DNA from: a virus
DNA length: 64,000 bases
IMG/VR virus record: IMGVR_UViG_3300045988_091501
Location: 32,001 to 96,000 of that record
Strand: one strand, 5' to 3'
The notes under the pieces were generated by a model. That model was not told the origin of the DNA. It worked only from the letters and a program-made list of their open reading frames with translations, and ran no database searches. Below, one piece after another: positions 35,548 through 43,998 of this stretch (positions are counted from its first letter, which is position 1; each line of letters begins with the position of its first letter). Made by a program: the position numbers and the translations under genes.

Positions 35548-36054
35548 TTAATATAATTCTTTTGCTAAAATTATTTTTTCAGATTTGATTGTTTTATTTA
35601 CATCAATAATCCTCTGATTAGAAGAGCCTATAAGATGTAATTTATAATCTTTAAGAGAATCAATAAATTCCCCATCAATAAGATAATCAACAAGTCCTTC
35701 ACGCAAACAATCTCTTGGAACATCTTTAATTATAAGTTGCTCATAGGTGTAACCACTCCATACAAATATTGGTTTACCAACTTCATGCCTCAGTCTTTGT
35801 AAAAACCAATAAAAATGTTCCCCTTGGTCAAATGGTTCACCACCTAAAATAGATACGCAGTCAATATATGGGCTATTACACAAAGAAATAAATTTATCTT
35901 CTATTTCTTTAGTCCATTCTTCTCCACCTTTAAAGTCCCAAGTTTCTTGATTAAAACAACCTTTGCAATGATGAGAACAACCTTGTACAAATAAAGAACA
36001 CGCTATACCAATACCATTTACAACATCCATATCTCTGATACTTGCATATCTCAT
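35548..36054 (-). CDS. nrdG: anaerobic ribonucleotide reductase activating protein (radical SAM)
   Basis: ATG 36054. GIACSLFVQGCSHHCKGCFNQETW carries the CxxxCxxC cluster. It lies directly downstream of nrdD. Confidence 0.9.
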   Translation of the reverse strand: MRYASIRDMDVVNGIGIACSLFVQGCSHHCKGCFNQETWDFKGGEEWTKEIEDKFISLCNSPYIDCVSILGGEPFDQGEHFYWFLQRLRHEVGKPIFVWSGYTYEQLIIKDVPRDCLREGLVDYLIDGEFIDSLKDYKLHLIGSSNQRIIDVNKTIKSEKIILAKELY

Positions 36055-36101
36055 AAAAAACATCTCCTTTCATAGTATATATTATACCATAAAAAGAGAT
36101 G
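36055..36101 (-). terminator. terminator-like hairpin whose loop carries a -10 element and whose 3' arm is the nrdG SD
   Basis: Minus strand: CATCTCTTTTTAT...ATGAAAGGAGATG (13 bp, two of them G-U), followed by TTTTTT and then ATG 36054. Confidence 0.5.
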
Positions 36102-36109
36102 TTTGTCAA
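36081..36109 (-). promoter_or_regulatory. consensus promoter TTGACA-17-TGgTATAAT
   Basis: -35 at 36109-36104, -10 at 36086-36081. Between nrdD and nrdG. Confidence 0.7.
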
Positions 36110-36114
36110 TGATT

Positions 36115-38283
36115 TTATTTAATTTCGTGATTATCTAAGTGAACAAATCTGTGAGCTATTTCATCTGTTCTTCCATCATTCCAAAAATTACTTCCAATAT
36201 AACCGCAAGTACGTCTGGCTACATTCATCTTGCTATGGTCACGATTTTTGCAATTAGGACATTCCCAAATTAATTCTCCATTTTCATCAATAATTTTAAT
36301 TTCACCATCATAACCACATACTTGACAATAGTCAGATTTAGTATTGAGTTCAGCGTACATAATATTATCATAAATAAATTTTATAATATTAAGCACTGCT
36401 TGAACATTATGTGTTAAATCAGCACATTCAATATATGAAATTGCACCACCCAATGACAGCTCTTGAAATTTTGATTCAATGCTTAATTTATCGAATGGAT
36501 TGATTTCTTCAAACACTGGAATATGATAACTATTAGTAATATAGTTTCTATCTTTTCCGTCTAACTTAACAAAAATATCATTACCAAATCTTTCTTTTAA
36601 CTTCTTAGCAAATTTATAAGTAGTGGATTCAATAGGAGAACCGTATAATGAATATCCTAAGTTATCTTGTTTTTTCCATTGCTCGCACTTGTTGTTTAAA
36701 TACTGCATAATTTCAATCCCAAAAGAATGACCTTTATCATTGTTTGAATGTGATTGTTTTGTCATATATTTAACACATTCATATAAACCAGCATAACCTA
36801 AAGAAATGCTTGAATAACCACCGAACAACAATTTATCAATAGGTTCATGTTGATTTAACCTTGCTAATGCTCCATCTTGCCATAGAATAGGTGCTACATC
36901 ACTAGAAGTTCCTAATAATCTTTTATGCCTTAACATTAAAGCCCTATGACATAACTCACAACGGTCTTCTAAAATATTCCAAAATTTATCCATATTTCCC
37001 TCGGAACTAAAAGCAACATCTGGTAAATTGATAGTTACTACACCTTGATTAAAACGACCATAAAATTTATAATTCCCTTGTTCATCTTTCCAAGGGGCTA
37101 AAAACGAACGGCATCCCATGTTAGGGAAACAATTACCTTCTTTTAATTCTTTCATTTTCTTTTCAGAAATATAGTCTGGAACAAGTCTTTTAGCCGTACA
37201 TTGTGCCGATAGTTTTGTTAAATACCAATAAGGAGAATTTTCGTGAATATTATCCTCTTCAAGAACATATAATAATTTTGGAAATGCTTGGGTTACATAA
37301 ACTCCAACTTTATTCTTCATTCCTTGAATACGTTGTTTTAAAAATTCCTCAATAATCATAGCAAGTTCTTGCTTGTATTCTTTTGTTTCTCCTAAGTACA
37401 TAAACACACTTAAGAAAGGAGCTTGTCCGTTTGTCGTAGACATACTGTTTATTTGATAATTAAATGTTTGCACACCATCTTCAATTTCTTTTGTTAAATC
37501 TTCCATTGCATATTTTTCTGCTTCTAAGTTGGTATTCCCACGTTTTATGTATTTATTATATGCAATATCATAACTATATTTAACAAAGGGTGCAAGATGA
37601 GATAAGCTAATGGTGCAACCACCATATTGTGAACTAGCGACTGCTGTAATAATTTGTGTGGCAACAGTGCAAACAGTCAAAAATCTATGTGGTTTATCAA
37701 TACGAACTCCGTTAATAACTGTTCCATTTTGCAACATATCTTCAAGATTGATTAAATCGCAATTATGCAAAGCCTTTTGACCAAAATAATCCATATCGTG
37801 AAAATGAATTATTCCTTCTTCATCGGCTTGTAAAATGTCTGGTGGCATAAGAAACCTTTTTGTAATATCTTTACTTATAATCCCAGCCATGTAATCTCTT
37901 TGAGTTGTAGCAAGTTCAGCATTTTTATTAGAGTTTTCTTTGTTTAAATATTCATTAGTACCGTTTAATAAATTGATTAAATCTTCATCTGTACTATTCT
38001 GAACATATCTTTGATATTCTCTTACTTGTCTATAGCCCTCATATGCTTTTGCAGTATTTTTTTGTTTATATTTAATCAATTTATCAAATACCATTGATTC
38101 AATAGTATAAATTTCTACTTCTTCAATTTGTTTTTGTAATAATTCTTGTTCGATTTCTTCTGCAATTCTTAATGCAATTTTTTCTTTAATGCCTTCTCCA
38201 TATGGCATTGCTTTCATAATCGCGTTAGAAATTTTTTCTTTATTAAAAGGAACTTCCGTACAATCACGTTTAATTACATTCAT
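36115..38283 (-). CDS. nrdD: anaerobic ribonucleoside-triphosphate reductase (class III)
   Basis: 722 aa. N-terminal ATP-cone (VIKRDCTEVPFNKEKISNAIMKA). C-terminal Zn ribbon (CQVCGYDGE...CPNCKN) and glycyl-radical motif RRTCGYIG. Confidence 0.95.
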   Translation of the reverse strand: MNVIKRDCTEVPFNKEKISNAIMKAMPYGEGIKEKIALRIAEEIEQELLQKQIEEVEIYTIESMVFDKLIKYKQKNTAKAYEGYRQVREYQRYVQNSTDEDLINLLNGTNEYLNKENSNKNAELATTQRDYMAGIISKDITKRFLMPPDILQADEEGIIHFHDMDYFGQKALHNCDLINLEDMLQNGTVINGVRIDKPHRFLTVCTVATQIITAVASSQYGGCTISLSHLAPFVKYSYDIAYNKYIKRGNTNLEAEKYAMEDLTKEIEDGVQTFNYQINSMSTTNGQAPFLSVFMYLGETKEYKQELAMIIEEFLKQRIQGMKNKVGVYVTQAFPKLLYVLEEDNIHENSPYWYLTKLSAQCTAKRLVPDYISEKKMKELKEGNCFPNMGCRSFLAPWKDEQGNYKFYGRFNQGVVTINLPDVAFSSEGNMDKFWNILEDRCELCHRALMLRHKRLLGTSSDVAPILWQDGALARLNQHEPIDKLLFGGYSSISLGYAGLYECVKYMTKQSHSNNDKGHSFGIEIMQYLNNKCEQWKKQDNLGYSLYGSPIESTTYKFAKKLKERFGNDIFVKLDGKDRNYITNSYHIPVFEEINPFDKLSIESKFQELSLGGAISYIECADLTHNVQAVLNIIKFIYDNIMYAELNTKSDYCQVCGYDGEIKIIDENGELIWECPNCKNRDHSKMNVARRTCGYIGSNFWNDGRTDEIAHRFVHLDNHEIK

Positions 38284-38468
38284 CTAATCCATATCTCCTT
38301 ACAATCTTCTTCATCATTACTTTCCATAAATTCCATTTGTAATAATTCTTCATCTATTTTATCATAATCATTTAGCCCATATTCCTCACATCTTATCTGT
38401 CCTCCTTCAAACCATAATAGAGCAATTTGTTCATATGGTTGCTCTAATAAATACTCCTTTAGTGTCAT
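38280..38468 (-). CDS. small highly acidic protein
   Basis: 62 aa, D/E-rich. Its stop overlaps the nrdD start (ATGA). Confidence 0.6.
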   Translation of the reverse strand: MTLKEYLLEQPYEQIALLWFEGGQIRCEEYGLNDYDKIDEELLQMEFMESNDEEDCKEIWIR

Positions 38469-38488
38469 TAGTAATTATATCCTCCTTT

Positions 38489-39199
38489 CTATTTATAAAA
38501 TGTATGACCACTTTCATCTGTGAATTGTTTAGTCCAACCATTCCATTCATTAGGACTACAATCACTTCTGAAAGCAACACAACCGTTAGTAGTGTCTTCT
38601 ACCATGTAAGCATACAACAACGCATATACAGTTGAATCACTAATATTATCACGACCATAAGCAAATTGATTCTTTTGTGTAATCAATTCAACAGGATCAG
38701 TTGGAAATTGATCTGATTCAATCCTGTTTAAGATTACATTGGCAACGTTTACTTTACAATCAAAACTTGCTTCATGTGCTTCGGTTTCAATACATTTAAG
38801 CATCATGGTAATTTCACTCTCTGTAAACACATCATAAGGTGTTTCTGGTAAATCATCAAACTCGTAAATGTTGAACAATGCGTTGTAATATAACTGAAAC
38901 CATACATATTTATCTTGGTCTTTGATGCTTTCAATTAAATATAAGAAATGCAAACACTCTTCATTTTCTCGTTCACTTTGATTATACTCCATTTCAGAAC
39001 ATTTGTCAACATATTTATCATTTAGTTCATTATAGTTAATGCTTGACCTTTCAATATCCCCTTGTAAGCTCGTATTAGCCGATTCTAGGGCTTCAATTTG
39101 TCCTTGCTTAGACTTTATTGTATAGCCCATAATCATTAAAATTAGAGTCAATAAAACGATTCCTACACACTGAATAATATTATACTTCTCTATTTTCAC
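38489..39199 (-). CDS. membrane-anchored SleB-type cell wall hydrolase domain protein
   Basis: GTG start follows AAGGAGA. N-terminal TM (CVGIVLLTLILMIMGY) and a coiled region. The C-terminal EAHEASFDCKVNVANVILNRIESDQFPTDPVELITQKNQFAY matches the Hydrolase_2/SleB core. Confidence 0.7.
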   Translation of the reverse strand: MKIEKYNIIQCVGIVLLTLILMIMGYTIKSKQGQIEALESANTSLQGDIERSSINYNELNDKYVDKCSEMEYNQSERENEECLHFLYLIESIKDQDKYVWFQLYYNALFNIYEFDDLPETPYDVFTESEITMMLKCIETEAHEASFDCKVNVANVILNRIESDQFPTDPVELITQKNQFAYGRDNISDSTVYALLYAYMVEDTTNGCVAFRSDCSPNEWNGWTKQFTDESGHTFYK

Positions 39200-39215
39200 T
39201 TTCTTCTTCTCCTTC

Positions 39216-41486
39216 TTAGTCTACTTGAGTAATAGGAACTTTTGCTTCTTCACATCTCGTCATCAGTTCTTTTAACCATGTATCACGTTCAGCATTGCCA
39301 TCAATCAACAAAGCATCATTATATGTAGCCATATCACCAATATCAATTTGCATAATTTTAGAACGTGTATCAGCAACATATAATAGATTTCTATTTAACA
39401 TTCTTTTGTGGCTAGGACTAACTACATTTAATACATATTTAGCCTCTGACCCTTGGCTTGCGTGGACACTAATACAATATGCTAACAATAAGTTTTGTAA
39501 TTTAACTTTATCAAACACAATCAGTTCTTCATCAAACTGAGCAACAAGTTTCTTATCATCAAGTTCTCTAATAATACCATCTTGACCATTAAATACACTT
39601 GTTAAAGCAACGTCATCTAAACTTAACATATTATCAGATTGTTCAATTTCTTTCCAAGAATCATATGGCAATGCTTGGTAGTCATTTTTCTTATTTAGTA
39701 ATTTATCCCCAACTCTGAAAGAAATTGTGGTTTTGTCTTTATCGACTTTTCTATCTAAGTGCATTTCATTAGGCTTTGGAGGATTGACTTCTGCTTGAAT
39801 TGCATTGTTAATTCTATATGAACCTTCATCTCCTACATTAAACGGACTTAAACAAAGTATATCATGTGGCTTAACCCCTTTAGACAATAGTTTATTGTAC
39901 TGTTCTACAATGGTGTCAAAAATATTATCAGTTTGAACAAATTTGTAATTGTTATACACACTATACTCATTGTTATGTACTTTTACTATATCATTATCAA
40001 AGAACTGCTTTCCTTGTCTTACGTTTGTGGCAACAAATATGCCACCATCGGTATCATATCTAAAGATTTCATCAAGAGTAATCATAGGAACTTTGCCGCT
40101 ATTGATTAAATCATTAAATACACAACCAATTCCTACTGGCATTAACTGAGCTGGGTCGCCAACAAGAACAACTCTGATATTTGGATTCTCAATTACATTT
40201 AACATCATAAGAAAAGTAGGTAAATCTGTCATACTCATTTCATCTACAATTAAAACGTCAGTAGAAATTTCACCATCTCTCAATGCTTTTCTATGAATAG
40301 TGCTTGCTCGACGATTAACGGACTCTGTAATTCTACGTGAAGCCTTCCCAGTCGGTGCTAATAAAGTATAAGTCATTCCATTGCTTTCCATTAGTTTAAT
40401 AATTCCACGAATTGAAGTCGTTTTACCGGAACCGGAATATCCTGCTAGAATCATAAAATTATATTTACAGAACATTTCAAGTGCTTTTCCTTGTTTTTCG
40501 GACATTGTAAAATCATCAATAGTAGTATATTGTGTCCAATCAATATCAAGTTGTGTGCTATTTGTAATCTTGTCTTTCACAAAATCAGCAACTTTACATT
40601 CGCCTTGATAAGTAGACATAATGCTTAAATCTTTTGACTTCTCATCATAATAGAATAAATCATTATTCATTGCGGTAGGAACAATTAAAGGTTCAAGTTC
40701 AGGCACATTATACTCTTCCATGATATAATAATATAAATCATTTCCATTAAGTCTTGTACTGCCCTCTTGTTCATTTCTTTCCAACACACTTAAAATCAAA
40801 TAAGCGCATCTCATTTCACTTACTTTTAAGTCTTTTCTTAATTCCATAATCGCTCTATCAGCAAATTCAAAAGAACGACCAAGTGTTGAGATTAAAACTT
40901 TATAAGGATTGGATTGAATTTCTTTTGCAATATGTTCTTCATCAAGATATTCTTCAATTAACTTCTTGCAGTCACTTACATCAAATTTGTAATCCTTGAA
41001 ATGTTGAATAATACCAAGATACTTATATTTTTCAAGTAAGTTTCTTGCATAAGCACCAAGATACACTTCTCCGACACCTTTGATTCTACTTACATCAATA
41101 ACATCTTTGCCTTGAGTTAAAATCAATTCAATGAAATCAGGATATGCTTCTAAGATATTATCAGCAATTCTTTCACTTGTAGTACAATCCATAAGAATTT
41201 CTTTCTTTTGGTCTAAAGTAAGCGTTGACACATCAAAGTTGCTCATAGATGGAACTGATAAAATTTTATACGTTCCACCGTATCTTTTGTCATAGGCAAT
41301 TTCTTCAATTTCAATTTCATAGTCTTTATTTTCATCTATATATGAATCACCACCTTTCGTTGAAAAGGTAAAGTAAGGACTTAATTTGACACTATCATTG
41401 TGGTCAATAGGACTCCATGAAAATATTCTATAATCATCTTTCTTAAAACAACATTTTACACATCTTGCTTTTAATGTAATACTCAT
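39216..41486 (-). CDS. RecD-like (SF1B) DNA helicase
   Basis: 756 aa. Walker A ILAGYSGSGKTTS, Walker B LIVDEMSM, LVGDPAQLMPVG, and a C-terminal ISVHASQGSEAKYV. This is the AAA_30 + UvrD_C_2 pattern of the RecD/TraA family. Confidence 0.85.
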   Translation of the reverse strand: MSITLKARCVKCCFKKDDYRIFSWSPIDHNDSVKLSPYFTFSTKGGDSYIDENKDYEIEIEEIAYDKRYGGTYKILSVPSMSNFDVSTLTLDQKKEILMDCTTSERIADNILEAYPDFIELILTQGKDVIDVSRIKGVGEVYLGAYARNLLEKYKYLGIIQHFKDYKFDVSDCKKLIEEYLDEEHIAKEIQSNPYKVLISTLGRSFEFADRAIMELRKDLKVSEMRCAYLILSVLERNEQEGSTRLNGNDLYYYIMEEYNVPELEPLIVPTAMNNDLFYYDEKSKDLSIMSTYQGECKVADFVKDKITNSTQLDIDWTQYTTIDDFTMSEKQGKALEMFCKYNFMILAGYSGSGKTTSIRGIIKLMESNGMTYTLLAPTGKASRRITESVNRRASTIHRKALRDGEISTDVLIVDEMSMTDLPTFLMMLNVIENPNIRVVLVGDPAQLMPVGIGCVFNDLINSGKVPMITLDEIFRYDTDGGIFVATNVRQGKQFFDNDIVKVHNNEYSVYNNYKFVQTDNIFDTIVEQYNKLLSKGVKPHDILCLSPFNVGDEGSYRINNAIQAEVNPPKPNEMHLDRKVDKDKTTISFRVGDKLLNKKNDYQALPYDSWKEIEQSDNMLSLDDVALTSVFNGQDGIIRELDDKKLVAQFDEELIVFDKVKLQNLLLAYCISVHASQGSEAKYVLNVVSPSHKRMLNRNLLYVADTRSKIMQIDIGDMATYNDALLIDGNAERDTWLKELMTRCEEAKVPITQVD

Positions 41487-41749
41487 TTTCTACTCCAATT
41501 CTCTAAATAATTAGCTATTTCTGTTATGTTATTTCTTGATTCAATATACTTGTCTATACTTTCTTGAATAAATTGAATAACAGCTTTTGGGGCACAAGAA
41601 ATTTTTACTGAACTCATATAAGAATCATATGAACGTATTGTAGTCCATAGAAACTTCTTTTTTACTTTTACATCACATTGCACTCCTAAACTATCTGCGT
41701 TAATATTTACTTTAAAAGTATAACCATCTTTCTTTATAATCTTAGTCAT
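41483..41749 (-). CDS. hypothetical protein
   Basis: 88 aa. ATGA overlap with the helicase start. Confidence 0.6.
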   Translation of the reverse strand: MTKIIKKDGYTFKVNINADSLGVQCDVKVKKKFLWTTIRSYDSYMSSVKISCAPKAVIQFIQESIDKYIESRNNITEIANYLENWSRK

Positions 41750-41915
41750 AATATTTATATTTATTCTCCTTCTTTTTATTTACAACTTTAAATCCTTTTC
41801 TTGCTTTATATTTATCACAGGTCTGACATAATTTCTTCTGTTCAGCATTTCTTCCTTTGTCACATTTACCTTTACAAATATAATAGATACAAGGTGCTAA
41901 TCTTTCTTTAGACAT
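41742..41915 (-). CDS. small basic Cys-rich (zinc-ribbon-like) protein, 57 aa
   Basis: Hand translation: MSKERLAPCIYYICKGKCDKGRNAEQKKLCQTCDKYKARKGFKVVNKKKENKYKYYD. AAAGGAGA SD and promoter at 41945-41973. Its stop overlaps the next ATG (ATGACTAA). Confidence 0.6.
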   Translation of the reverse strand: MSKERLAPCIYYICKGKCDKGRNAEQKKLCQTCDKYKARKGFKVVNKKKENKYKYYD

Positions 41916-41966
41916 AAAAAATATCTCCTTTCATTGATATAGTAATTATACCATGAAAGGAGATAT
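41916..41966 (-). terminator. terminator-like hairpin whose loop carries a -10 element and whose 3' arm is the next SD
   Basis: Minus strand: ATATCTCCTTTCAT (41966-41953) pairs with ATGAAAGGAGATAT (41934-41921) in a perfect 14-bp stem. The 18-nt loop contains TATAAT. TTTTT and then ATG 41915 follow. Confidence 0.6.
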
Positions 41967-41973
41967 TTGTCAA
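41945..41973 (-). promoter_or_regulatory. consensus promoter TTGACA-17-TGgTATAAT
   Basis: -35 at 41973-41968, -10 at 41950-41945. Confidence 0.7.
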
Positions 41974-41981
41974 GTAAAAAT

Positions 41982-42437
41982 TTACCATCTTAATTCAAAA
42001 TATTTATTATAAATCTTATTCCATTCTGCTTGTGTAATTCCACCTCTATCATATTTTTCTTCTAAATTATAAAGGCATTGTGCAAGATAACGGTCTGTAT
42101 GCCAATTACTAAATAAAGGCTCATATTCATTGTTGATAAGTACACTTAATTGTCCCCCAAATGTGCTTGATACAGATATTCTACCTTTTAAGTATTGACA
42201 TAACTTGGCTTTGGTCTTATCAGAAACATTGTAGCCACGTTTCTCCATTTCTGTAATGACTAAATTACAATACAATCTAAAATGATCCAAGTCATAATTC
42301 ATAATAGGATTGATAAGAATTTGATTAGTTGCCCCTTTTTCATAAATATCTTTAGCAATAGCAACACATTCTCTTAACTGAGAACACAACTGTTGTCTAG
42401 GTAATACATCTAACAAATCATAATGCCATAATCTCAT
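41982..42437 (-). CDS. pyrimidine-dimer DNA glycosylase (T4 endonuclease V / DenV-like) family protein
   Basis: MRLWHYDLLDVLPRQQLCSQLRECVAI...VITEMEKRGYNVSD parallels T4 DenV (LADQHLMAEYREL...ELIAECLKRGFNIKD). Confidence 0.6.
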   Translation of the reverse strand: MRLWHYDLLDVLPRQQLCSQLRECVAIAKDIYEKGATNQILINPIMNYDLDHFRLYCNLVITEMEKRGYNVSDKTKAKLCQYLKGRISVSSTFGGQLSVLINNEYEPLFSNWHTDRYLAQCLYNLEEKYDRGGITQAEWNKIYNKYFELRW

Positions 42438-42440
42438 ATT

Positions 42441-42827
42441 TTACTCCTTTACAATATACTTACTCAACATATCAATTTCTTCTTGTAATTCTTTAATGTG
42501 AGATTCAATTTCTTCCCATTCATCTGTTTCAAAATTATAATAAAAACTTGCTGGGAAATTACCATTATAATCAATATTATTTGTTCTATTGTCATTAAAT
42601 ATTTTATTCAGATAGTTTAGTGCTTCCTTAGATTTACAAACCACATAAGCACTGTCTTGTGATAAACGATAATCATTATCAAGCGGAAGTAATGTTCCAT
42701 AGTCATTATATGCAAACAAGTCTTTACCATACTTATCTTGTAATTCTTTGCTTTCATATCTTTCACATTCATTTTCATACTCAAATTCTTTACCATCAAA
42801 TGCAATATAAATTGTCTTCTCTGTCAT
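42441..42827 (-). CDS. hypothetical acidic protein
   Basis: 128 aa. Tightly packed and co-oriented with its neighbours. Confidence 0.65.
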   Translation of the reverse strand: MTEKTIYIAFDGKEFEYENECERYESKELQDKYGKDLFAYNDYGTLLPLDNDYRLSQDSAYVVCKSKEALNYLNKIFNDNRTNNIDYNGNFPASFYYNFETDEWEEIESHIKELQEEIDMLSKYIVKE

Positions 42828-42831
42828 ATTA

Positions 42832-42996
42832 TTACCCCTTTCTAATATGCCGAATTATTTTATCTAATAAATTAAGTTGCGCGAATAGCTCTTGCCTATA
42901 TGTTCCCTCTGCTCTGTCGTAACTACCAATTCCATATAAATGAGCATCAATATCATCTTTTTGCTCATAAAGCCAAATTAGTAAATCTTTATCCAT
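42832..42996 (-). CDS. small hypothetical protein (54 aa)
   Basis: Hand translation: MDKDLLIWLYEQKDDIDAHLYGIGSYDRAEGTYRQELFAQLNLLDKIIRHIRKG. AGGAGG SD upstream. It fills an otherwise empty 180-nt gap. Confidence 0.55.
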   Translation of the reverse strand: MDKDLLIWLYEQKDDIDAHLYGIGSYDRAEGTYRQELFAQLNLLDKIIRHIRKG

Positions 42997-43010
42997 ATTA
43001 TTTTTCCTCC

Positions 43011-43412
43011 TTAAATAATTCCAATCGTTTCGTCTTCATAATTACATTTCTTTGCTTTTTCAAACATATCTAAATATTTTTCATCAAATTCAAATGTATC
43101 TTTTTTAATATTTGCAATTAATGTCAAGCATCTATTATACATTTCTGTTGTAAAATCTTTGCAATTTATATTATTTCTATTCCTATTAAAAATATAATAA
43201 ATTAAATTAGGAGTTCTCTTAATTGCTTCTGATACCAAAGGCTCTAAAAATAAATGTAAAACAAAATCTTTGGTCAATTCTACTTGTGACTCACCGTAAG
43301 TATAATATTTATCATAATATGCTTGCATAGCTGAAAGTTTGTCTTTATATAATTCTTTGTTGTACCAACCTTTGCAAATTAGCATAATATCAATTAAAGT
43401 ATTATCTGTCAT
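43011..43412 (-). CDS. hypothetical protein
   Basis: 133 aa. The ATG overlaps the upstream stop (ATGA). Confidence 0.65.
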   Translation of the reverse strand: MTDNTLIDIMLICKGWYNKELYKDKLSAMQAYYDKYYTYGESQVELTKDFVLHLFLEPLVSEAIKRTPNLIYYIFNRNRNNINCKDFTTEMYNRCLTLIANIKKDTFEFDEKYLDMFEKAKKCNYEDETIGII

Positions 43413-43573
43413 TCAATCACCTCCACTTCTAAGTTTTCACATCTCAATCTACTAGCAATTTGTTTACTAAATATTTGATATTGATAAGGATGACGCAGAG
43501 CTATACATTCTTCTGCTAATCGTTCACACGCTTCTTTTAATAATTCTACATCATCTGTTAAAATCTTAATCAT
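43409..43573 (-). CDS. small hypothetical protein (54 aa)
   Basis: Hand translation: MIKILTDDVELLKEACERLAEECIALRHPYQYQIFSKQIASRLRCENLEVEVIE. Start and stop are coupled to both neighbours. Confidence 0.5.
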   Translation of the reverse strand: MIKILTDDVELLKEACERLAEECIALRHPYQYQIFSKQIASRLRCENLEVEVIE

Positions 43574-43749
43574 TATCGTACCTCCTGTAACTTTTCATAT
43601 AATTCTTCATACATTTCATTATTGAAATAAACCACTCTACTAGCAAGCATCTTAATAATTTCTTTAGCCTCGTCTAATGTTTGAATATCATCTATTGCTT
43701 TTGGGTCATGTTTCATAATACGTTTGTATAAACTATAAATATTGTTCAT
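43573..43749 (-). CDS. small hypothetical protein (58 aa)
   Basis: Hand translation: MNNIYSLYKRIMKHDPKAIDDIQTLDEAKEIIKMLASRVVYFNNEMYEELYEKLQEVR. TAATG overlap with the next ORF. Confidence 0.5.
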   Translation of the reverse strand: MNNIYSLYKRIMKHDPKAIDDIQTLDEAKEIIKMLASRVVYFNNEMYEELYEKLQEVR

Positions 43750-43752
43750 AAT

Positions 43753-43935
43753 TTAACCCTTCCATTCACAGTGTAATACATTTTTATGGAAATTCATTGC
43801 ACATTCTTTGCACAATAAAATTTTGGTTGAATGGTCAAGATATTCACCTTCCCATCTAACTGTATATTCTTTTGCCTCATTAAAATCTGTAATTTCTTTT
43901 CCACATTTGTCACAATGATATTTAGTTACTGTCAT
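43753..43935 (-). CDS. small zinc-ribbon protein (60 aa)
   Basis: ATG 43935 follows GGAAAGGAGA and lies downstream of promoter 43967-43995. MTVTKYHCDKCGKEI...LLCKECAMNF. The longer track ORF would begin upstream of the promoter. Confidence 0.65.
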   Translation of the reverse strand: MTVTKYHCDKCGKEITDFNEAKEYTVRWEGEYLDHSTKILLCKECAMNFHKNVLHCEWKG

Positions 43936-43990
43936 AATAAAAATCTCCTTTCCATTTGATACTTGTATTATATCATAGGAAAGGAGATTT
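43936..43990 (-). terminator. terminator-like hairpin whose loop carries a -10 element and whose 3' arm is the next SD
   Basis: Minus strand: AAATCTCCTTTCC (43990-43978) pairs with GGAAAGGAGATTT (43953-43941) in a perfect 13-bp stem. The loop contains TATAAT. TTATT and then ATG 43935 follow. Confidence 0.55.
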
Positions 43991-43995
43991 GTCAA
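43967..43995 (-). promoter_or_regulatory. consensus promoter TTGACA-17-TATAAT
   Basis: -35 at 43995-43990, -10 at 43972-43967. Immediately after the dnaE stop. Confidence 0.7.
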
Positions 43996-43998
43996 GAG

